From assembly GCA_903928285.1 (NCBI GenBank), contig CAIYQH010000184.1, positions 1-32,209 on the forward strand: DNA of 32,209 nt, written 5' to 3'. The notes under the pieces are model-generated. The model was not told where the DNA came from, did no database searches, and worked only from the letters and a program-made list of their open reading frames with translations. Source of the stretch: an uncultured Bacteroidales bacterium. GTDB taxonomy: Bacteria > Bacteroidota > Bacteroidia > Bacteroidales > FEN-979. Below, one piece after another: positions 8,805 through 16,007 of the stretch; the stretch's first letter is position 1, and each line of letters opens with the position of its first letter. The position numbers and the translations under genes are program-made.

Positions 8805-8854
8805 ATTTTTTTACCCCAAAAGAGGCAATTAGATACCTAAATACACCTATAAAA

Positions 8855-9715
8855 ATGAAACGTAAGATTATCCGGATTGATGAAGAAAAGTGCAACGGAT
8901 GCGGAATCTGCATTCCGAACTGCCACGAAGGGGCCATGCAGCTGATTGACGGGAAGGCGCGGCTGATAAGCGACCTTTTCTGTGATGGCCTGGGCGCCTG
9001 TATCGGCCACTGCCCGGAGGGCGCCATCGAAATCATTGAACGGGAGGCAGAACCCTATGATGAAGGCAAGGTGATGGAACTCATGGTGCCGAAGGGCCGC
9101 AACACCATCCTGGCCCACCTTGAGCATCTGCGCGACCACAAAGAGGAGGAATATTTACGCCAGGCAATAGATTATTTAAAAGAACATAATATTATGATGA
9201 CACCAGAAAACACAAAAGAACATTCGCACGGCGAATGCGGATGTCCCGGATCCATGGCCCGCGATTTCCAGGAAGAAGAGAAGGTTGTTTCAACCGGTCC
9301 GGCAGCAGGAATGATCGCATCGCCGCAGGCTCCTTCGGAATTGCGCCAGTGGCCGTTACAGCTGCATCTGCTCAATCCCCAGGCATCCTATTTTAAAAAT
9401 GCCGATGTGGTCCTGGCTGCAGACTGTGCCGCCTTCGCGATGGGCAATTTCCATGACCGGTTCATGAAAGGAAAATCCATTGCCATCGCTTGTCCCAAAC
9501 TCGACAGCAACAAGGAATCCTATATCCAGAAACTGACCTCCATGATTGCCGATACGAAAATAAATTCGCTTCATGTCGTCATGATGGAGGTCCCCTGTTG
9601 CGGAGGACTTTTGCAAATGGCCCAGATGGCACGGAGCAACGCGGGCCGTAATGTACCCGTCAAACAAACCATCGTAAGCCTTAAGGGCGATGTTATCGCA
9701 GACGATTGGGTGTAA
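8855..9715 (+). CDS. Cys-rich iron-sulfur protein: N-terminal 2x[4Fe-4S] ferredoxin domain plus conserved C-terminal domain of unknown function
   Basis: 'CNGCGICIPNCHEGA' and 'CDGLGACIGHCPEGA' are ferredoxin-type motifs. Further Cys clusters are 'GECGCPGS', 'AADCAAF', 'IACPKLD' and 'MEVPCCGG'. Start assigned to the ATG at 8855 (MKRKIIRIDEEKC); the track ORF start at 8720 would overlap the Rrf2 gene. Confidence 0.75.
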   Translation: MKRKIIRIDEEKCNGCGICIPNCHEGAMQLIDGKARLISDLFCDGLGACIGHCPEGAIEIIEREAEPYDEGKVMELMVPKGRNTILAHLEHLRDHKEEEYLRQAIDYLKEHNIMMTPENTKEHSHGECGCPGSMARDFQEEEKVVSTGPAAGMIASPQAPSELRQWPLQLHLLNPQASYFKNADVVLAADCAAFAMGNFHDRFMKGKSIAIACPKLDSNKESYIQKLTSMIADTKINSLHVVMMEVPCCGGLLQMAQMARSNAGRNVPVKQTIVSLKGDVIADDWV

Positions 9716-9742
9716 AAAATCGAAAATATTAAATTATCACCT

Positions 9743-11989
9743 ATGGAAACACGTAAACTATGGTTCGGCTTTATCGCCGTGATGACAATTTCTTTCTCGG
9801 TTTTGTTGTATTATGGAAATGAGATTTACAAACAGGCCCCGCCGATTCCTTCGGAGGTGGTAACCAAGGCAGGCTCGGTGCTCTTTACCGGGCAGGATAT
9901 CAAAGACGGCCAGAATGTGTGGCAGTCGATCGGCGGACAGGAGGTCGGTACCGTATGGGGACATGGTTCCTATGTGGCCCCCGACTGGTCGGCCGACTGG
10001 CTTCACCGTGAGTCGGAGTTCATCCTGAACTACCTGGCCGACACCTCCTTTCACAAAAGCTATGCAGATGTAACCGCCGAGCAGAAAGCGATGCTGAAGA
10101 TCAGGCTGCAACAGGAGCTGCGGATCAACACCTACGACCCGGCTACCGGGAAACTCGTGGTTTCACAACTCAGGGCTCAGGCAATCACAGCGGTTGGCGA
10201 ACATTATACCAGCCTTTTTATGGCCGATCCCAAGCTGGAAAAGCTGCGCGATGCCTATGCCATCCCGCCAAACTCCGTCAAGGATATCGACAGGATGAAC
10301 AAGATGAACAACTTCTTTTTCTGGATCTCCTGGTCGTGTGTAACCAACCGGCCCGGCGGACTGATTTCCTACACCAACAACTGGCCTTCGGAAGAACTTG
10401 TTGACAACAAACCCACAAGTTCGCTGATCCTGTGGACCGGTTTCAGCGTGATCATGCTGATTGCAGGCATCGGCCTGATGGGCTGGTATTATGCATCCCG
10501 CAGGGAAGAACCGATGTCAGAACACGAGATACCCTCAAAAGATCCGTTACTGGGCGGGATTTTCACCCCTTCCATGAAAGCAACGTTAAAGTATTTCTGG
10601 GTGGTCACCGCGCTGATCCTGGTTCAGATACTCATGGGCGTAATTACTGCACATTATGGTGTTGAAGGACAAGCTTTTTATGGTTTGCCACTTTCCGGTA
10701 TTTTACCCTATTCCATCTCCCGCACTTGGCATCTCCAGCTGGCTATTTTCTGGATCGCCACTTCATGGTTAGCCACAGGGCTTTATCTGGCTCCTGCCGT
10801 TTCGGGAAAAGAACCCCGGTTCCAGCGACTGGGCGTTAACTTTCTCTTCATCGCCCTGCTGGTCATCGTTGTTGGCTCGCTCATTGGCCAATGGTTTGGC
10901 GTGATGCAACGGCTGGGCTACGCGACCAATTTCTGGTTCGGACACCAGGGATATGAATATGTCGACCTGGGCCGCTTCTGGCAGCTTTTCCTCTTTGTTG
11001 GACTGGTCGTCTGGCTGGTTTTGATGACCCGCGGACTGATGCCTGCCCTGAAGGCAAAATCGGAGAACAAGTCGCTACTTACCATGTTCCTGATCTCCAC
11101 CATCGCCATTGCAGCATTTTATGGCGCCGGGCTGATGTGGGGAAGACAGACAAACCTTGCCGTTGCCGAATACTGGCGCTGGTGGGTGGTTCACCTCTGG
11201 GTTGAAGGATTTTTCGAAGTCTTTGCCACAGTCGCTATTGCCTTCCTGTTTGTCCGGCTTGGCCTGGTCAGGATAGCCACTGCAACTTCCAGTGTGTTGT
11301 TTTCTACCATCGTCTTTTTATCGGGTGGAATCCTGGGAACCTTCCATCACCTCTATTTCACAGGCACCCCTACGGCCGTGCTTGCCCTGGGTGCGACCTT
11401 CAGTGCGCTCGAGGTGGTTCCGCTGGTATTGATGGGTTTCGAAGGTTACGGGAATTACAGGATCTCGCAGAATAACAACTGGATTGACGGGTATAAGTGG
11501 CCCATCTGGTTTTTCCTGTCGGTAGCCTTCTGGAACCTGGTAGGTGCGGGGATCTTCGGGTTCCTGATCAACCCGCCCATCGCCCTCTATTACATGCAGG
11601 GACTCAACACCACGCCGGTACACGGTCACACGGCCTTGTTCGGAGTATATGGAATGCTCGGTATCGGGTTGATGCTCTTCGTGCTGAAAAGCATGGAACC
11701 TGAAAAGGTCTGGAAGGAAAAATGGGTAAAGTTTGCCTTCTGGGCCATCAACATCGGTCTTGCCCTGATGGTCCTGATCAGCGTGCTGCCGGTTGGTCTG
11801 GCCCAAACCTGGGTTAGCGTGCGGACCGGCATGTGGTACGCCCGTTCGGCAGATTTCCTGCAGGATCCCACCATCACACTCTTCCGTTGGCTCAGGGTGA
11901 TCGGCGACACGGTTTTTGCAGCGGGAACGCTGGCACTGGCCTGGTTTATCTTCGGATTGAAGGGCGGATGGTCGACAGAAAAAAAATAA
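9743..11989 (+). CDS. norB: Quinol-dependent nitric-oxide reductase (qNOR, single-subunit NorB/NorZ type)
   Basis: 748 aa, the qNOR length class, with one N-terminal TM helix plus a ~200-aa soluble extension fused to a 12-helix heme-copper-oxidase core. Metal-ligand motifs 'HLWVEGFFE', 'FHHLYFTG' and 'VHGHTALFGVYGM' are present. Confidence 0.9.
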   Translation: METRKLWFGFIAVMTISFSVLLYYGNEIYKQAPPIPSEVVTKAGSVLFTGQDIKDGQNVWQSIGGQEVGTVWGHGSYVAPDWSADWLHRESEFILNYLADTSFHKSYADVTAEQKAMLKIRLQQELRINTYDPATGKLVVSQLRAQAITAVGEHYTSLFMADPKLEKLRDAYAIPPNSVKDIDRMNKMNNFFFWISWSCVTNRPGGLISYTNNWPSEELVDNKPTSSLILWTGFSVIMLIAGIGLMGWYYASRREEPMSEHEIPSKDPLLGGIFTPSMKATLKYFWVVTALILVQILMGVITAHYGVEGQAFYGLPLSGILPYSISRTWHLQLAIFWIATSWLATGLYLAPAVSGKEPRFQRLGVNFLFIALLVIVVGSLIGQWFGVMQRLGYATNFWFGHQGYEYVDLGRFWQLFLFVGLVVWLVLMTRGLMPALKAKSENKSLLTMFLISTIAIAAFYGAGLMWGRQTNLAVAEYWRWWVVHLWVEGFFEVFATVAIAFLFVRLGLVRIATATSSVLFSTIVFLSGGILGTFHHLYFTGTPTAVLALGATFSALEVVPLVLMGFEGYGNYRISQNNNWIDGYKWPIWFFLSVAFWNLVGAGIFGFLINPPIALYYMQGLNTTPVHGHTALFGVYGMLGIGLMLFVLKSMEPEKVWKEKWVKFAFWAINIGLALMVLISVLPVGLAQTWVSVRTGMWYARSADFLQDPTITLFRWLRVIGDTVFAAGTLALAWFIFGLKGGWSTEKK

Positions 11990-12011
11990 CACAACATTAA
12001 ACTCTTAAACA

Positions 12012-12341
12012 ATGGATAAAAGCATATTCGAACACTCCAATGTGTTCAGGTTTCCCGAAAAGGTGGATTATTCCTCCGGGGGAATCATCAGCAAACGGGT
12101 GATTGACCGCCCTGTCGGAACGGTAACCCTCTTCTCGTTCGACGCCGGACAGCGTCTGAGCACCCACTCTGCCCCCTATGATGCCATGTTGCAGGTCATC
12201 GAAGGGAAAGCGGAGGTCATCATCAGCGAAGTGCAGTTTCTCCTGGATGCCGGCGATACCATCATTATGCCGGCCGGCATACCGCATGCCGTAAATGCCC
12301 TTGAGAAGTTCAAAATGGTGCTGACCATGATCAAAGGATAA
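12012..12341 (+). CDS. Small cupin-domain protein
   Basis: 109 aa with the cupin_2 pattern 'FDAGQRLSTHSAPYDAMLQVIEGKAEV ... GDTIIMPAGIPHAV'. Confidence 0.75.
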   Translation: MDKSIFEHSNVFRFPEKVDYSSGGIISKRVIDRPVGTVTLFSFDAGQRLSTHSAPYDAMLQVIEGKAEVIISEVQFLLDAGDTIIMPAGIPHAVNALEKFKMVLTMIKG

Positions 12342-12364
12342 CCTGTGGCCATCCCCGTTCAAAT

Positions 12365-12385
12365 CCCCGGGCGGAGAGCCCGGGG
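12365..12385 (+). terminator. GC-rich hairpin downstream of the cupin gene (possible terminator, attenuator or processing site inside the NO island)
   Basis: Perfect 8-bp stem CCCCGGGC / GCCCGGGG with loop GGAGA, 24 nt after the cupin stop. No U-tract follows. Confidence 0.4.
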
Positions 12386-12422
12386 GTTATGATGGCTGAA
12401 AGCAACCTTAAAAACAAAAACT

Positions 12423-13655
12423 ATGAGCGAACTGATAAACAACTCACAAAGCAGGAAGGAACTGCTCAAACACATGATCCTTCAGCTGCATGATGGCGTG
12501 GCGCCCGAAGCGGTGCGCGCCCGGATGATAGAACTTCTGACAAAAATCCCCTATGGCGAGGTGGTCGAAGTTGAACAGGAACTGATCAGCGAAGGACTCC
12601 CCGAGTCGGAGGTCCTGCGGCTGTGCGACATCCACAGCCAGGCGCTGGAGGGCAGGATCGACCTGTCGGGAATGAAAATAGTGCCTCCCGGCCACCCGGT
12701 TGATACCTTCAAACTTGAAAACAGGGAACTCGAGAAGGTCGTTCGTGAACTTCTTACCCTGTTCAGCAACATCGAAACAGAATTTTCGGGTCCCGGAACG
12801 GAGCATAATTTCAACAAAGTCAAAGCGCTTTTCAACAGCCTGATGGATGTGGACAAGCATTACCGGCGCAAGGAGAACCTGCTCTTCCCGTTTCTTGAGA
12901 AGTACGGGATCACCGGCCCGCCCAAGGTGATGTGGGGCAAACATGACGAAACGCGCGAGCTGCTGAAGAATGCCATTCATGCCCTCAACGCCCCCGACGT
13001 GATCACCCCGGAAACCATGGAGGCGAAGGTCGAAATCTATCTCAAACCAGCCGCAAAAGCCGTTACCGATATGATCATGAAGGAGGAGGAGATCCTGTTG
13101 CCGATGACCCTGGATAAACTCACCGAAACCGACTGGTACGAGATTTACCGCCAGACCAACGAAATCGGGTACTGCCTCTATGATCCAAAGATCACCTGGA
13201 AACCACAGGGGGTTAGTCATGAGGAGGAGACCTCGGCCGAGGAGGGAACCATCAACCTCCCGAGCGGCAAATTCACTTCAGGGGAGCTGCTGGCCATCCT
13301 GAACGCCCTGTCGGTTGATCTCACCTTTGTTGACAGGAACGACAAGGTAAAGTATTTTTCACAGGGGAAGGAACGCATTTTCGACCGTAACAGGGCCATC
13401 CTGGGCCGCGATGTGCGGATGTGCCACCCCCCTTCAAGTGTTCATGTGGTCGACCAGATTATCGGCGATTTCAAGAGCGGCAAGGCCGACAGCGCCCCCT
13501 TCTGGATTCAGATGGGTGGCAAGTTCATCCATATTGAATATTTCGCCCTGAGAGATGAGCAGGGAGAATACCTGGGAACCCTGGAAATGTCGCAGGATCT
13601 GACCGAAAAGCGGAAACTCGAAGGAGACCAGAGGATATTGTCCTACAAGAAATAG
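12423..13655 (+). CDS. DUF438-family protein (hemerythrin-like cation-binding region plus C-terminal PAS domain)
   Basis: N-terminal 'LHDGVAPEAVRARMIELL...VEQELISEG...LCDIHSQAL' and 'HYRRKENLLFPFLEKYGITGPPKVMWGKHDE' are characteristic of COG2461/DUF438. The C-terminal PAS-like segment reads 'LTFVDRNDKVKYFSQG...RMCHPP...FIHIEYFALRDEQGEYLGTLE'. Confidence 0.8.
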   Translation: MSELINNSQSRKELLKHMILQLHDGVAPEAVRARMIELLTKIPYGEVVEVEQELISEGLPESEVLRLCDIHSQALEGRIDLSGMKIVPPGHPVDTFKLENRELEKVVRELLTLFSNIETEFSGPGTEHNFNKVKALFNSLMDVDKHYRRKENLLFPFLEKYGITGPPKVMWGKHDETRELLKNAIHALNAPDVITPETMEAKVEIYLKPAAKAVTDMIMKEEEILLPMTLDKLTETDWYEIYRQTNEIGYCLYDPKITWKPQGVSHEEETSAEEGTINLPSGKFTSGELLAILNALSVDLTFVDRNDKVKYFSQGKERIFDRNRAILGRDVRMCHPPSSVHVVDQIIGDFKSGKADSAPFWIQMGGKFIHIEYFALRDEQGEYLGTLEMSQDLTEKRKLEGDQRILSYKK

Positions 13656-13697
13656 TGAAAATCGATATCAATCCAATAAACCAAAACAGTTCAAAAA

Positions 13698-13949
13698 ATG
13701 GAAACACCAGGTTGGTTAAACAAAGAAAAGGTTAAAGTAACGCTGGATGCCAGGCCTCTGCTGGTCCAGGGCATTCATCCGCTGGAACAGGTGCAGAAAG
13801 AGGCGGCCTCGCTGGAAGCGGGTGAAATCTTCGAGATCATTACTCCCTTTCCGCCGGCTCCCATGATTGAGAAAATGGTTGCAGCGGGTTTCGAAACCTA
13901 TACGGAAAGCGCTGCCGACGGGATGTGCCACACCTATTTCAAAAAATAG
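13698..13949 (+). CDS. Small conserved protein, DUF2249-like (TusA/SirA-like fold)
   Basis: 83 aa with the pattern 'LDARPLLVQGIHPLEQV...LEAGEIFEIITPFPPAPMIEKM'. It sits directly after DUF438, a recurrent pairing. The family call is from memory of the profile and has not been searched. Confidence 0.5.
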   Translation: METPGWLNKEKVKVTLDARPLLVQGIHPLEQVQKEAASLEAGEIFEIITPFPPAPMIEKMVAAGFETYTESAADGMCHTYFKK

Positions 13950-13970
13950 CAAACGGCGAACAGCCAGGGG

Positions 13971-15530
13971 ATGAAATTTTTCCGCAAATACCACAAATGG
14001 TTCAGTGTTGTGGCGACCCTGTTCATCCTTTTCTTTGCCGTTTCGGGCATCATGCTGAACCACCGGGAACAGCTTTCGGGAGTGGATATCTCCCGGAAGC
14101 TGCTTCCGCCGGTTTACAGGTATAATAACTGGAACCTGGCGGCAGTGAAGGGATCGGTAACAACAGGAAACGACAGCGTACTGGTTTACGGCAATATTGG
14201 CGTCTGGCTTACCGACCATCATTACCAAACCTTCCGGGATATGAACGCCGGCTTTCCGGCGGGGATCGACAACCGGAAGATCAACACCCTTTCCTGGTCG
14301 AAAGCATCAGGTCTCTATGCCGGAACATTGTTCGGATTATTCAGGTTTAACGGTCGTGTGTGGGAGACGGTGGTTTTACCTGTTTCCCGGCCACGGGTCG
14401 TCAGGGTGCTGCAGGTTGGCGACAGTCTGCTGGTAATGACCCGGTCAAACCTCTATTTTTCGACCAGCGCCTGCGCATACAAGGGATTTCGCGAAATTAC
14501 AGTTCCGAAGGGTGAAGACAACGATGGCAGGATTGGCCTTTTCAAGACCATTTGGGTCATTCACAGTGGAGAGATCTATGGTTTTACGGGGAAGCTGATC
14601 GTTGATGCAATAGGGTTCATTTTTATCATCCTCTGCATTACGGGGCTCATCTGCTTTTTCGTTCCATACAGGCTGCGGATGCTGAAAGTTGACCAGCGGC
14701 GGACAAAGCTTAAAACGTTCAACAGGAGTTCCCTGAAATGGCACAATGTGATCGGATCATGGCCCATCCTGATCCTGGTGGTGAATACCACAGCCGCCAT
14801 ATTTCTCCGGCCGCCACTGCTGATCCCGATTGCCCCGGTAAGGGTGGCAAAGATCAGGTTTACCGAACTCGACAACCCCAACCCATGGTTCGACCGTTTC
14901 CGTGATCTGCTCTATGATACAACATCACGGAGATACCTGGTGGCTACCAGTGAAGGGGTGTATTATTCTGATAACCGTTTTGGCAGCGATTTGAAGGTTT
15001 TCGCCAATCAGCCGCCTGTGAGCGTGATGGGCATCAACGTGTTTGAGAAATGCGGTCCCGGCAGTTTTTTGGTGGGATCTTTCAGCGGGATCTACGAATG
15101 GGAGCCGGCCACCGGCCATACGATCGACTATATCACCAGGACTGATTATGTTGAAACCGGTCAAATCGGGCCGCCCTTTGGAAACGTAACAGTTGCGGGT
15201 TATATCAGGAGCAGCGATTCATCTGCGCTTATTTTCGATTATACCCACGGGGTGATTGCCGTGGAGGGAAAAAATCCGTTGCCCCCAATGCCGCAATCGA
15301 TACTTGCTGCAAGCCCTGTTTCCCTGTGGAACACCTGTCTTGAAATTCACACAGGCCGGATTTTTGAACCCGTCCTGGGACCCTTTTATATACTGGTTGT
15401 GCCGCTGGTCGGACTGGTTACCCTCTTTATCCTGGTCAGTGGTTTTTTTGCGTGGTGGCTTCCACGGAAAAAGAGGAAAAACCGTGAATTGGCGGTGGAT
15501 AAAAATGTCACAATGATGACTGCCGGATGA
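13971..15530 (+). CDS. PepSY-associated TM-helix (PepSY_TM) family membrane protein
   Basis: The N-terminus 'KYHKWFSVVATLFILFFAVSGIMLNHRE' is the family's hallmark. There are four TM helices, each with a flanking His: 'NHRE', 'IHSGE', 'WHNV' and 'IHTGR'. Two ~170-180 aa extracytoplasmic loops are present. Confidence 0.8.
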   Translation: MKFFRKYHKWFSVVATLFILFFAVSGIMLNHREQLSGVDISRKLLPPVYRYNNWNLAAVKGSVTTGNDSVLVYGNIGVWLTDHHYQTFRDMNAGFPAGIDNRKINTLSWSKASGLYAGTLFGLFRFNGRVWETVVLPVSRPRVVRVLQVGDSLLVMTRSNLYFSTSACAYKGFREITVPKGEDNDGRIGLFKTIWVIHSGEIYGFTGKLIVDAIGFIFIILCITGLICFFVPYRLRMLKVDQRRTKLKTFNRSSLKWHNVIGSWPILILVVNTTAAIFLRPPLLIPIAPVRVAKIRFTELDNPNPWFDRFRDLLYDTTSRRYLVATSEGVYYSDNRFGSDLKVFANQPPVSVMGINVFEKCGPGSFLVGSFSGIYEWEPATGHTIDYITRTDYVETGQIGPPFGNVTVAGYIRSSDSSALIFDYTHGVIAVEGKNPLPPMPQSILAASPVSLWNTCLEIHTGRIFEPVLGPFYILVVPLVGLVTLFILVSGFFAWWLPRKKRKNRELAVDKNVTMMTAG

Positions 15531-15605
15531 AGAAAAAGCAGTAATTTTCAGCCCCGGAAATCATTCCTGACAACTCCTGGTTTACTCTTTTCATCCACAT
15601 TCACA

Positions 15606-16007
15606 ATGATCTACTACATAAAGCTTTATCTCGCCAGTTTTGCCGCGTTTTTCGCCCTTGACATGCTTTGGCTCGGACTCATCGCCGGTAATTTTTACAA
15701 GCAGCACCTTGGTTTCCTCATGGCGCCCGGGGTAAACTGGTATGCCGCGCTGATCTTCTATTTCCTCTATATTCTCGGGGTGCTGGTATTTGTTGTGGTT
15801 CCGGGGCTCACCGACAATACCTTCGCGCTGATGCTGGTGAGGGCGGCGCTTTTCGGCTTGATCACCTATGCCACCTATGATCTCACCAACCTGGCTACCA
15901 TCAGGGACTGGCCACTGGCCGTCACCATGGTGGACCTGCTCTGGGGCATGGTGTTAACCACCTTGGTAAGCATGGCAGGGTTTTTTGCAGGGAGGTGGAT
16001 GGCCTGA
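15606..16007 (+). CDS. DUF2177-family small integral membrane protein
   Basis: 133 aa with four hydrophobic helices and the motif 'YATYDLTNLATIRDWPL'. Its stop overlaps the next gene's ATG (TGATG at 16005-16009). Confidence 0.6.
   Translation: MIYYIKLYLASFAAFFALDMLWLGLIAGNFYKQHLGFLMAPGVNWYAALIFYFLYILGVLVFVVVPGLTDNTFALMLVRAALFGLITYATYDLTNLATIRDWPLAVTMVDLLWGMVLTTLVSMAGFFAGRWMA

Noticed and set aside
8720-8854. 45-codon N-terminal extension of the Fe-S protein ORF overlapping the Rrf2 gene
   Set aside because: The extension lies in another frame of the Rrf2 coding sequence. The ferredoxin family starts at MKRKIIRIDEEKCNGCG (ATG 8855).
11318-11992. 224-aa minus-strand ORF, plus the 128-aa ORF at 11626-12012, antisense to the qNOR 3' end
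   Set aside because: The sequence is Arg/Gly/Pro/His-rich and low in complexity with no motifs. The sense strand carries the conserved heme-copper-oxidase ligand motifs.
12444-13220. 258-aa minus-strand ORF inside the DUF438 gene
   Set aside because: It is a long antisense shadow ORF with no recognisable domain. The sense frame has the DUF438 and PAS signatures and fits the operon spacing.
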